Below are positions 44,912-54,465 of a stretch of DNA of 64,000 nucleotides, piece by piece. This DNA is from an uncultured Phycisphaerales bacterium (GTDB lineage: Bacteria > Planctomycetota > Phycisphaerae > Tepidisphaerales > Tepidisphaeraceae). Every line of letters starts with the position of its first letter. Positions within the stretch are counted from its first letter, which is position 1. The position numbers were made by a program, and so were the translations under genes. The stretch lies in the NCBI GenBank assembly GCA_963792535.1, contig CAWBWQ010000001.1, forward strand, positions 32,001 through 96,000, read 5' to 3'. The notes under the pieces are model-generated. The model made no database searches. It was not told the origin of the DNA and saw only the letters and a list, made by a program, of their open reading frames with translations.

Positions 44912-45910
44912 TCATTTCATCGACGCTGCGCGAGTCGCCAGGAACGCGCTTAACGACACATCAAGCGATTCCCCTGTATTCATCCGGGTGAAATCAATTC
45001 GCATTTCCCGGCACATTTTCTGCAATTGGTCTGTGAAAGTTCGCAGTTGCTCGAGATACGCCTCGCGCAGCGACCTGGGCTCGGTGAGCAGTTGCCCGGC
45101 TTCTTCCAGACCCTTGAAAAGTGTCACATCGTCGAAAGGGAATTCAATCTCGGTGGGGTCGAGGATCTGGAAAACCATCATCTCGTGCTTCTTGTAGCGC
45201 AAATGACGCAAGCCTTTTTTAAGGCTTTCCAGGTCATCAAAAAAATCGGAAAGAATGACGATGAGGCTCCGATGCGTGAGCTTCTCCGCCAGCTGATCCA
45301 AAATCTTCCCCGTATTGGTCTTGTTCCAACGAGGAACCTGCTGCAGTTCCTGGGTGATGATTTTCCATTGCCCCGGTGAATTGCTCGGCTTGAAATACCG
45401 GCTAAGCGCCTGATCGAAAATCGCCAGCCCGACCGAGTCCTGCTGCTGAATGGTCAGGTAAGACAACCCCGCGGCGATGGCAGTTGCATGATCGTACTTG
45501 GTCCAGCGGGGAACCGAGGATTGAGAATCGAGGATGGAGGATCGCGCGCTGGCTTTGTTATCTTCAAGCTGCGATCCATCCTCATCATTCGCCATTACGG
45601 TGCCGTATCCCATGGATTCGCTGGCGTCGACCACGCAGATCAGATGCAGGTTGGTTTCTTCCAGATATTGCTTGAGATAAACCTTGTCGGTCTTGGCAAG
45701 CACTTTCCAATCCACATGCCGAATGTCATCACCTTGCACATATTGGCGATGCTGAGCGAATTCAACGCTGATGCCCTGGTACGGCGATCGGTGCATGCCG
45801 CTGGTAAGTCCTTCGACGATCAAACGGGCGCGCAGATCCAGCGAAGCGATCCTCGCCAGGGTGCGCGGGTTGAGGTATTTGCGGTAATCGGTGGTGGGGG
45901 TGTCGGTCAT
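44912..45910 (-). CDS. DUF58 domain protein (MoxR partner)
   Basis: GMHRSPYQGISVEFAQHRQYVQGDDIRHVDWK, VVDASESM and ILSDF motifs. Confidence 0.93.
   Translation of the reverse strand: MTDTPTTDYRKYLNPRTLARIASLDLRARLIVEGLTSGMHRSPYQGISVEFAQHRQYVQGDDIRHVDWKVLAKTDKVYLKQYLEETNLHLICVVDASESMGYGTVMANDEDGSQLEDNKASARSSILDSQSSVPRWTKYDHATAIAAGLSYLTIQQQDSVGLAIFDQALSRYFKPSNSPGQWKIITQELQQVPRWNKTNTGKILDQLAEKLTHRSLIVILSDFFDDLESLKKGLRHLRYKKHEMMVFQILDPTEIEFPFDDVTLFKGLEEAGQLLTEPRSLREAYLEQLRTFTDQLQKMCREMRIDFTRMNTGESLDVSLSAFLATRAASMK
45515..45583. repeat. Degenerate heptamer (GAGGAT-type) hairpin element lying in frame inside the DUF58 gene
   Basis: cgaggat tgagaat cgaggat ggaggat cgc ... gcg atccatcctc. It encodes the stretch EDGSQLEDNKASARSSILDSQSS. 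Confidence 0.65.
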
Positions 45911-45926
45911 CGCTCAGACGCTCGTT

Positions 45927-46301
45927 TTACTTTCGCCTGGCAATCAGGTCCCAGAGGATAATCCCAGTGCACCCAACTATGTTCGATAGCAACAGGAAGA
46001 TCCCTACCGTGATGCCAATCCTTTTCTTAGTCCACTGCGGTGGTGCTTGTTGGCTTACCAGGGCACGGCGCACCTGAAGGTCGTTCCAACAGAGAAACAG
46101 CCCGGCGATCAATCCCATTACAACTCCAGCTCCAGCCGCGAGTGGAATACTGATACCCTGGTCCTGGGCCTTTTGGTCCCACGCTAATGTCCCGACCGCA
46201 ATTGCACCTACCAGCGGGGACAAGAGCAATTGCAACCACATCCGCATCTTTGAAAAATACGGATCGCTTTTTCTGACGGCGTAACGCAAGAATTTTCGCA
46301 T
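45927..46301 (-). CDS. Hypothetical three-TM membrane protein
   Basis: Three hydrophobic segments. Fills the gap between the MoxR and DUF58 genes on the same strand. Confidence 0.65.
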   Translation of the reverse strand: MRKFLRYAVRKSDPYFSKMRMWLQLLLSPLVGAIAVGTLAWDQKAQDQGISIPLAAGAGVVMGLIAGLFLCWNDLQVRRALVSQQAPPQWTKKRIGITVGIFLLLSNIVGCTGIILWDLIARRK

Positions 46302-46317
46302 AGTGCTTCTAGAAAAT

Positions 46318-47410
46318 TCACGCCGCCGGTGTATCGCGCAGCAACTTTGCGGATGTTCGATCCATCTCGCCGGTTGATTGCTGCGGGACAAATTCAATCA
46401 GCTTTTTCACGATGGTATCGCTGCGCACGCCTTCGGCCTCGGCGTTGAAATTTGTCACGATGCGATGCCGAAGCACGGGCAGCGCAACCTGGCGAATGTC
46501 TTCGGTGCTCACATGATATCGGCCCTTCAGCAGCGCCCGCGCCTTGCCAGCGAGGATGAGGTACTGGCTGGCTCTTGGGCCTGCGCCCCATCCCACATAG
46601 TCATTCACAAAAGCCGGGCAACCGCCTTCGGTTTTTCGGGTCAAGCGGGTGAACTGCAGGGCATAGCGAATCACGTGATCGGCCACCGGAACCTTGCGGA
46701 CGATCTCCTGCAATGCGATGACCTCTTCGCCGCTGAGAACATGCTTCAGATCGATTTTCTGTCCCTGCGTGGTCATGCGCACGATCTGGAATTCTTCTTC
46801 CTCGCTGGGGTATCCGACATTGATATTGAACATGAATCGATCCAGCTGCGCTTTCGGGCAGTGGATAAGTGCCTTCCTGTTCAATCGGATTCTGCGTGGC
46901 AAGCACAAAAAACGGTTGCGGCAACCGGTGCTGCTTGCCTCCGGCGGTCACCTGGTGTTCCTGCATTGCTTCAAGCAAAGCGGCCTGGGTTTTGGGCGGC
47001 GTTCGATTGATCTCATCAGCCAGGATCACATTGGCAAAGACCGGCCCGCGAACGAACCGAATGCTGCGCCCGCCGGTGGTCTTATCCTCCTCAATCACCT
47101 CCGTGCCAGTGATATCCGAGGGCATGAGATCCGGCGTGAACTGAATGCGATTGAAGCTCAGCCCCAGAGTCCTGGCCAGGGTTGAGATCAGCAATGTTTT
47201 CGCCAGCCCCGGAACACCCACAAGCAGCGCGTGGCCCCGGCAGAATAGCGCAATCAGCAGTTCTTCGATAACCGCTTCCTGACCGACGATGACTTTACCG
47301 AGTTCTTCCCTCAGATCCTGATAGCCGCGCTGCAGTTTCTCGACCGCGGCCAATTCTTCGGCGGCCAGATCGGTCGACTGCGGTTGCACAATCCCAAGCT
47401 GTGATTCCAT
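46318..47410 (-). CDS. MoxR family AAA+ ATPase; apparent frameshift near 46852
   Basis: [28 protein letters not shown] and [22 protein letters not shown]. One extra A splits the conserved PEAQLDRF. Confidence 0.95.
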
Positions 47411-47661
47411 GAGTGATCCTGAATTCCGACAGACGCCGGTGGGTTTTACAGAGCGGCAATGCCGGACGCCCGGCGCGGCGCTGCATTCTAGACGAGATTC
47501 CCCCGTACGAATAGATGCAGAACGAACCCGAAAGTTTCAGACCAATCATCACCGGGCCCGAGGCCGATCAATCCGCGGCAATCAGTTGGATTTCATCCGG
47601 CAACAAATAGACTTTTTCATCCGCCTCAGCATCGGCGGTGTGATTCGCTAAAAGAAGAATG

Positions 47662-48630
47662 CTATCTGCTGCGGATCAGGTCCGCGTCGTGGATATTCAG
47701 TTCCACTCGCTTGGCCTGGATGTCGCTGAGGAAACGCAGACCATCATTGTAATAGCCCGCGGTGGGCAGCAGGTCGGGCAAATGCGCTTGCCAGAATGAA
47801 TTGAAACGTCGCATAAGCGTTTCACGCAGATACTTGCTCAGCATCGAAGCCAGCGCGACCGACATACATTGCGCCTCGGCTTTTTCGCAAAAGACGATGC
47901 GCACGACGGCGGTGTCGTGCCGCAGGCGATATTCGCTGAAACCATCCGACTCTTCCATGACCTCCAGCGACCATTCTTCGAACATAAGCCGGAGTAGAGG
48001 CCCATAACTGGAACGCCCGCCGTGCCGGTCGCAGAAGATCACCAGACCGCGATGCCCAAAATTCCGCAGCAGATAATCCAGGTGTATCGCCGCTGTGGAA
48101 AATAACAGGCTGCCCTTGTTCCGGGTTGCTTCAATGGTTCGATTATATTGTCGCTCGGGAATGACCTGCGCGTTGAAATGAACACACCGCGTGGAAGTTC
48201 GGTTCATTTCAGCTTTGAGTCCATTGGCGAGCACGCGCACCGACGCGGTGTCCTGTTCGAACGGGAATGCTTCGGAGGGGTCGGTGTCATACCAGCCATG
48301 CTCGGCGAGATGTGTGATTGCCTGCGTAGCGGTGATGTTCAGAAAGTCGTCTAGATTGTCGGGCCATCGGCCCATGGCTGTGGTGAACGCGAGCACTGAT
48401 TTTTCTAATTCTCTCAAACCCAGCGACGGCGAATAGACTAATTTGCTGTCATTCACATGCAGTTTTCTGCCCGATTTTGATCTGGATTTGCTGACCGATT
48501 TTTTTAACCTTCCCCACACGCACGGCAGCGGATCTGAAGGGTCGGCGTCCATCTCAATCGCGCAGCAGCCCACCACCAGTGGGCCCAGCAAAGGGCCATA
48601 ACCCGCTTCATCTATGCCGGCGAGGATCAT
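47662..48630 (-). CDS. RNase HII-family protein
   Basis: MILAGIDEAGYGPLLGPLVV, DSK and KAE...VALASMLSKYLRE motifs. Longer than a minimal RnhB. Confidence 0.82.
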   Translation of the reverse strand: MILAGIDEAGYGPLLGPLVVGCCAIEMDADPSDPLPCVWGRLKKSVSKSRSKSGRKLHVNDSKLVYSPSLGLRELEKSVLAFTTAMGRWPDNLDDFLNITATQAITHLAEHGWYDTDPSEAFPFEQDTASVRVLANGLKAEMNRTSTRCVHFNAQVIPERQYNRTIEATRNKGSLLFSTAAIHLDYLLRNFGHRGLVIFCDRHGGRSSYGPLLRLMFEEWSLEVMEESDGFSEYRLRHDTAVVRIVFCEKAEAQCMSVALASMLSKYLRETLMRRFNSFWQAHLPDLLPTAGYYNDGLRFLSDIQAKRVELNIHDADLIRSR

Positions 48631-48731
48631 TGTGGAAAATATACCCGCACGGTGGCCCCAGACGAATGATTTGCAACGCCCCGCGCCGTGACGATAATGC
48701 CGACTGAAAAAAAAGAAGAGAAGGGGTCCGC

Positions 48732-49691
48732 ATGGCTGAGGCAAACTGGTTCTGGGCTGAAGGCGATAAACAACATGGACCTGTTCTGCCCTCTGCGATC
48801 GCCCGGCTGGTAGCCGATGGAAAATTAGGAGCCAGCGACCTGATCTGGAAAGAGGGGATGACGGATTGGATCCCCGTCCAGAAGGTTCCGGGGCTGGTCA
48901 AATATCTGAAAAGTTCCGCGCCGCCGGCTGCTGCAGCGCCGACGCAAACAAACGTCGCTGAAACGAAAACCAACGCCCTTGCCGCGGCAATGTCCGAGCC
49001 GGAGGCGGAACCGGCGCCGGAGTCACCGGCAGTTATTGCCTATCAAACCGCGGCAGTGGATCGATCCGCGACCCATGAATTTGTCTCTGATCCCAATGCG
49101 ACGGTGATCTGCCCTCATTGCTCTGCGGGAAACGTGGGTGATTCGCAGTTTTGCCATTCGTGCGGCATGGCGTTGCCCGTTGCCAATTCCGGCCCTCGCA
49201 TCATCAGCGACGGCACCTTTGCCTCCACATCGGTCGGTCAACATCTTCAGTCTGATCAATTGCACAAAAGCTCACAGAAAGCGTCTACCGCTCTGCTCTG
49301 GGTCGCAATTATTCAGACGGGTGTCGTCGGTTTCATTGTATGGGTCGCCCAAATGCACAATCGCATATCGTTTCTGATTCGAAGTCCCGTTGTACTGGGG
49401 ATAATTGCCTTTGCGGGCATTTTCTGGGGATTATATATCTGGTCCCGCAGGCAGCCGCTGCCGGCGGCCATTGTCGGATTGGTTCTATATTGCACCATGC
49501 TGGTGCTTAATATCGTCAATGCCCTCTCGCAGATAGGCAACAATACAACCCCGCCAGGGTACCACGGCGGCCTGGCTAACACCGGTGTCGGCTGGATCGA
49601 CATTATTATCGTCGCCGTGCTGGCACAAGCCATTTCAGCGGGGCTCAAACATCGCAAGATGCACGGCAACGTCGTTCAACCCGCGGCATAA
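48732..49691 (+). CDS. GYF_2 (DUF4339) + zinc-ribbon + four-TM membrane protein
   Basis: WFWAEGDKQHGP...LIWKEGMTDW (GYF_2), CPHC-x10-CHSCG and four hydrophobic helices. Confidence 0.82.
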   Translation: MAEANWFWAEGDKQHGPVLPSAIARLVADGKLGASDLIWKEGMTDWIPVQKVPGLVKYLKSSAPPAAAAPTQTNVAETKTNALAAAMSEPEAEPAPESPAVIAYQTAAVDRSATHEFVSDPNATVICPHCSAGNVGDSQFCHSCGMALPVANSGPRIISDGTFASTSVGQHLQSDQLHKSSQKASTALLWVAIIQTGVVGFIVWVAQMHNRISFLIRSPVVLGIIAFAGIFWGLYIWSRRQPLPAAIVGLVLYCTMLVLNIVNALSQIGNNTTPPGYHGGLANTGVGWIDIIIVAVLAQAISAGLKHRKMHGNVVQPAA

Positions 49692-49720
49692 GGCGACTGA
49701 TTATTTAATAGATCAAGCAC

Positions 49721-50569
49721 ATGAGTGCACACGAATCAATACCGCAACCGACAGCACGCCCGCTGGGACCCGCCGTCCTGCCGGCAATGTCTCCGCTTCC
49801 GGTCGTGGCGATTCCGCCCGGCAGCAAGCCCCGTTTTTGTCGAAGCTGCGGCACTGCCTGGCAAGCCGATTGGGTCGACTGCCTTCCCTGCGCCGCGCGT
49901 TCAGGCGCGGCTGCCCCCGCACTCAGTGTGGCTATAGAACTGCGTGCGATGAAGTCCGCCCTGTGGCTTTACTTCAGCCTGCTGCTGGTGTGCGCCGTCG
50001 GATTAGGACTCTCGATAAAACTGGGCGGCGTTGTGCTGGAGATGTGGGTCACCGCCGCGCTTTCGATTACGACAATCGCCTGGTGCTGTGGCTCTCCGCA
50101 AAGTGTGCTGCCGCTGTTGCGAAGGGTCGCCCCGCCGAAATGGTTTGGCATTGCCCTTGGGCTTTCGCTTGTGACGTACTCCATCGCGGTGGGCGTCATT
50201 CATGGGCTCAATTCGCTGATGCATTTGCCTGACGAGAGTGCATCCAGGCCGTTCTTGGTGGCAGGTTATTCCTGGGCCGTGATCGTCCTGGTCAGCTGCA
50301 TTCAGCCGGCAGTGATTGAAGAACTCGCCTTCCGCGGGGTGATCTTCGCCGGGCTCACCAAGGCCCTCAGTTCTTCGGAAACCATTCTCGTCAGCGCGAT
50401 GATGTTTATGATTCTGCATCTTTCTCCGATGCGTTTTCCGCACACGCTGGCGCTGGGCATCGGGGCGGGCTATTTGCGTTTTCGAACCAGGTCAATCTAT
50501 CCGTGCATGCTGATGCATTTCTCTCATAACCTTTTGTGCGTTGGCGGCGAGTGGTTGAAACACTCTTAA
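49721..50569 (+). CDS. CPBP (Abi/CAAX-type) intramembrane glutamic protease with N-terminal zinc ribbon
   Basis: EELAFRG, FMILH and HFSHN motifs, with an N-terminal CRSCG...CLPC. Confidence 0.9.
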   Translation: MSAHESIPQPTARPLGPAVLPAMSPLPVVAIPPGSKPRFCRSCGTAWQADWVDCLPCAARSGAAAPALSVAIELRAMKSALWLYFSLLLVCAVGLGLSIKLGGVVLEMWVTAALSITTIAWCCGSPQSVLPLLRRVAPPKWFGIALGLSLVTYSIAVGVIHGLNSLMHLPDESASRPFLVAGYSWAVIVLVSCIQPAVIEELAFRGVIFAGLTKALSSSETILVSAMMFMILHLSPMRFPHTLALGIGAGYLRFRTRSIYPCMLMHFSHNLLCVGGEWLKHS

Positions 50570-50588
50570 AACAGGATCGGGGAAAAAC

Positions 50589-51167
50589 GTGCTGATTGAG
50601 CATTCATTTGTGACAACGCTTCCATCGCAGCAGGCGCTTGGGGCGGCATCGGAGATGCTGGCGCGAGGCGGTTTCATCGCCGAGAACCAGGAGGGGTTTC
50701 GCGTGGGAGAAACCGAGTGGACGACCCTGCAGATGAAACGCGGCAAAAAGCGCGCGGCCCGCGCCAAAGATCCATCGGAGTGCCCGCAGCGCATTCGCAT
50801 GGAATGGGACCGTGGCCGCGTGACGGTCGCGGCCGCTATCGAACCTAAATCCCGGCGCGGCGGTTATTACTACGGGGGTGGACTCATCGGCGTGGCGGTC
50901 GTCGCAGCGACGCGGTCCCGGCGGGGAGCAGGCAAGGACGCGAAAGACTATGCCGACCTGATGATCCTCATCACCACCAGCCTGGAAGATCTTCTGGCCC
51001 GCGGCGCATTGCCCGAGGTTGCTCAGCAGCCGTGGTATGCCTTCCAGGATGTACTCAAAGCCAAAGCCAAAAAAGCCCGCATGAAGCTTTTAATACTGTT
51101 CGGAGTGTTATTCGCGATCATCATCTGCTTTGCGGTATTCGCCGGCGTTACGTCGACAAACCGCTGA
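50589..51167 (+). CDS. Hypothetical membrane protein
   Basis: Co-oriented 192-aa ORF 20 nt after the CPBP gene, with a C-terminal TM helix. Confidence 0.7.
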   Translation: MLIEHSFVTTLPSQQALGAASEMLARGGFIAENQEGFRVGETEWTTLQMKRGKKRAARAKDPSECPQRIRMEWDRGRVTVAAAIEPKSRRGGYYYGGGLIGVAVVAATRSRRGAGKDAKDYADLMILITTSLEDLLARGALPEVAQQPWYAFQDVLKAKAKKARMKLLILFGVLFAIIICFAVFAGVTSTNR

Positions 51168-51181
51168 GCGGGCGGCCGTTT

Positions 51182-51859
51182 TTATTCCACCGGCAGGGTT
51201 GCAGGTTCAAACCCACGCGGATTTCTGCGGCTCTGTATCGCATGAACCGCAATCGGCAACACGGAGATTGCCACGATCGCAATCACCACCACCTCAAAAT
51301 GTTTGGCGACGAAAGGAATGCCGCCAAAGAAATAACCGCACAGGCTTACCGAGGTCACCCAGAAAATTCCCCCGAAGATGCTGAAACCGATAAATCGCGA
51401 GAACGCCATTTTGCCAATGCCCGCCACAAACGGAGCGAATGTGCGGATGATCGGCACGAAGCGCGCGATGATAATTGTTTTGCGCCCGTGGCGTTCATAA
51501 AACGCCTGTGCTTCTTCGAGGTGTTTCCTGCTGAATAAGATCGACCGTTCACCACTGAACACCTTCGGGCCCACCGATCGACCCAGAAAGTAGTTGGTGA
51601 TGTCACCGCAATTGGCGGCCAGGCAAAGCAGCACGATTACCAGAGGCAGGTTGATCGGTGAACCCGCTGTGGCCGCCAACGCCCCCACGGCAAATAAGAG
51701 CGAATCGCCGGGTAAAAACGGGGTGACGACCAGCCCCGTCTCCATGAATACGATTCCCACCAGGGCTGCATAAACCCCCACGGGATGGTCGCCGGCAAAA
51801 GTGTTGAGGTACCTGGGCAAGTGCAGAAAAAGATCAATAATCGTGTGGATCGTCGGCAT
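51182..51859 (-). CDS. dedA: DedA family membrane protein
   Basis: FMETGLVVTPFLPGDSLLF, GD..NY.LGR and ARFVPIIRTFAPFVAG motifs. Confidence 0.93.
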   Translation of the reverse strand: MPTIHTIIDLFLHLPRYLNTFAGDHPVGVYAALVGIVFMETGLVVTPFLPGDSLLFAVGALAATAGSPINLPLVIVLLCLAANCGDITNYFLGRSVGPKVFSGERSILFSRKHLEEAQAFYERHGRKTIIIARFVPIIRTFAPFVAGIGKMAFSRFIGFSIFGGIFWVTSVSLCGYFFGGIPFVAKHFEVVVIAIVAISVLPIAVHAIQSRRNPRGFEPATLPVE

Positions 51860-52021
51860 AAAGTGCAGACCGTATAACCGAAGGGGATGGGAAATGCGAA
51901 CGGATTTGAGAGGCAACGTTCTGTTTTCTGAGACGGCAGCGTATCTGACACACGAAGGAAATTTTTAGCAGAATTAGGGACTCACGGGCATTTCTTAATC
52001 GCAGACCACCGACAGTGAGCG

Positions 52022-54253
52022 TCACATTATTGCCGCTGTGGATTTCTTCGCAGGTATCGGCACGACAACCACCACGTTGCTGAAACCCGACACGTTTGAA
52101 CTCGAGACGGCAGCCACGCGGTAGTAATACTTCATGGTCTGCATCACTGAATCATCGAAGCTGGTTGTCTGCGCGCTGGTGTAAGCCAGGGGAGCCCAGG
52201 TTGAGTCGTTGGTGGATCGATCCACGCGGAACTCATCGTTCATTGTGGAATTGCTTTTCCAAGTGAGGTGGATATCGGTGGATGAAATGATCGAGAATCC
52301 AGCCGAACTTGGAGCGGAGAAGAATTTGGGGGACGTTTTCAGATATGAACTGCGCAGGCCAAAGGCAACCAGGCTGCCTGTGGTTGTAATGTCGTAAACC
52401 ATGCCGTTGGCAACGGTGGGGACGCCGAACTTGGTCGCATTGGTAAAGCGATCACCCGAGACGGCGGCCGAATCGTAAATCGGAGTCGCCAGGTTGCTGG
52501 TGTTGAACGCCAGCAGATCAGAAGAGCCGAATCGGGACGCCCAGACAATAGAATTGCTGCCGCCGCTGGAGGAGATGGTGAAAGTAGAGCCTGGGTAGCT
52601 GAACACGGCGCCCGTTTGCACTGGGGTGGGCATATAGCCTGTGCCGGGCGGAATCGTCTTTGAGGCAAAGCTGGAAAGATCAAACACCAGCGAGTTCGAT
52701 CCGTTCTGGCTGATATAAATCTTCTTGCCGAAGTAAGAAGGGGTGGAATAAATGCCCTTGTCGCCGTTGTCTATCGGGTCGCCGGCATATTCGCCTAACA
52801 CGCGATCATACAGCCTTGGATCAGCCGTCTGGGTTTGGGGATAGGCATCGTTGAATTTACCGAGATTGTTTCGGTCGATCAGATAAATTCGAGACTCTTT
52901 GCCTGCCACCACCAGCATGGGATTACCAGCTGCGTCGTGGATGGAATTGGGCAGCAACAGAACGCCGCCGGAACCCAGATCCAGATCATTCTGATTTAAG
53001 GCAAGTTCATTGGATGGTGTGAAATAGTCGGCGACTTTCAGTCCCCATCCATTGCCGTTTTGATCCGACGGACTGGAAAGAGTGTCGACCGAGATTTTCA
53101 CAAGCGTGTCGCCGTAGTCATGGTCTTTGGGAAAACCACTCGCGTCGAAGTTCGACACTGAAGCGTCGAACGCGCCGTTACCGGTGGTGACATATAGGTT
53201 TGTTCCATCGGTGGCGATCGCGCTGGCCGCCGACCAGATACCTCCCTGCGCGGTAAAGGTGTTGTCATCACCGACGATTCCCTCGTAAGTAGGCGTGGTG
53301 ACAAAAACCGCGGTCGGGGCGAGGTTGGATTCGCTGTATCCCAGGATCCAGCCGTAGTAAGGACCATTGTCCCCGTGTGAGGCAAAGCCGAGGTAGATAT
53401 TGCCGTTCAAGAGGGTGATTGAAGTTCGCTGCATCTGCAAAATCGCATTGAAGGCAATCACCGCGCCCTTCGCCTGGCCGGGCGCGCTGAGCCACCCGTC
53501 CGTGTTAGGATATGTGGTGGGATGCGCGTTGTTTCCGGTTCCATTGACGATCGCGCCGGCGACATATTCATAGCCGGTGTAATTCGAATAGGGTTTGGTG
53601 TCGATTGTATCGCCGATGACGGTTGGCGCGGAAATTTCGCTGCCGTCGGCCAGAGAGATACCCCATAATCGCTGCACGATGTGGGTCACACCGTTGCGAA
53701 TTTCCTGTGTGTTGGCGTTTAGAAAAAGCTCATTGCGTTTGAGGTCGATCGCCGGTGTTGCAAGGATGCCGAACTCGGGCCCGAAACTGCCATCATTGAT
53801 GGCTGCCATAGGGACGGTCGTGACACCTGTGGTCGAACCCGCGCTGGTTGGATCCGAAATATTCAGAAAGCTGTCCTTCCACAGGACTGCGCCGGTGTTG
53901 GCGTCGATCGCGTACACGCTATCGTGCATGGTCCCGACGTAGACAACGCTATGACGACCTGTCGCGCTGCCGCGGGTGATGGTCTGGCTTTGCACGTAAA
54001 GCGGCTGCGTATAAATCGGGGCATCGAGTTTCGCAGTAAACTGTTTGCCAAAATCCGTGGGATTGACGTTCGCGGGAGTCAGCACCGTCTCGGCGAGGTT
54101 TTCGCCGTCGTTGGACGTATCGCCGTGATGCACCAGCACATTAACCGAGCAAAGCCGTCGGTTCTCCAGGCCTTCAACACAGGCGCGGGTGTGATGGATC
54201 GTGATATTACGGAATCGGATCCGCTCAGCACGACTGCGTCCGTAAATCGACAT
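52022..54253 (-). CDS. Secreted PQQ-like beta-propeller protein with LEPR-XLL-type leader and C-terminal FN3-like domain
   Basis: VEGLENRRLCS leader, GENLAETVLTPANV, YAIDANTGAVLW, GGIW, DLDLGSGG, KFGVPTVANG and LTW...YYYRVAA. Confidence 0.8.
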   Translation of the reverse strand: MSIYGRSRAERIRFRNITIHHTRACVEGLENRRLCSVNVLVHHGDTSNDGENLAETVLTPANVNPTDFGKQFTAKLDAPIYTQPLYVQSQTITRGSATGRHSVVYVGTMHDSVYAIDANTGAVLWKDSFLNISDPTSAGSTTGVTTVPMAAINDGSFGPEFGILATPAIDLKRNELFLNANTQEIRNGVTHIVQRLWGISLADGSEISAPTVIGDTIDTKPYSNYTGYEYVAGAIVNGTGNNAHPTTYPNTDGWLSAPGQAKGAVIAFNAILQMQRTSITLLNGNIYLGFASHGDNGPYYGWILGYSESNLAPTAVFVTTPTYEGIVGDDNTFTAQGGIWSAASAIATDGTNLYVTTGNGAFDASVSNFDASGFPKDHDYGDTLVKISVDTLSSPSDQNGNGWGLKVADYFTPSNELALNQNDLDLGSGGVLLLPNSIHDAAGNPMLVVAGKESRIYLIDRNNLGKFNDAYPQTQTADPRLYDRVLGEYAGDPIDNGDKGIYSTPSYFGKKIYISQNGSNSLVFDLSSFASKTIPPGTGYMPTPVQTGAVFSYPGSTFTISSSGGSNSIVWASRFGSSDLLAFNTSNLATPIYDSAAVSGDRFTNATKFGVPTVANGMVYDITTTGSLVAFGLRSSYLKTSPKFFSAPSSAGFSIISSTDIHLTWKSNSTMNDEFRVDRSTNDSTWAPLAYTSAQTTSFDDSVMQTMKYYYRVAAVSSSNVSGFSNVVVVVPIPAKKSTAAIM

Positions 54254-54465
54254 GAATTACCCCTGAGTCAAAAGCGAGATGGGTCAAAATACTCTAAGTA
54301 CTGTACCCGATGATCGAAGTCCGGGCCATTTAAATCGTATGAATGCTCGCCGGCAGTTGAGTTGAACGGCTATGCCATTTCCGATCAGGGAAATCGGAAA
54401 ATATCGGCGCGCCCACCAGAAATTAGCCGTGGGCGTCCTCGCGTGTGGGTACTAGCATTTATGTT

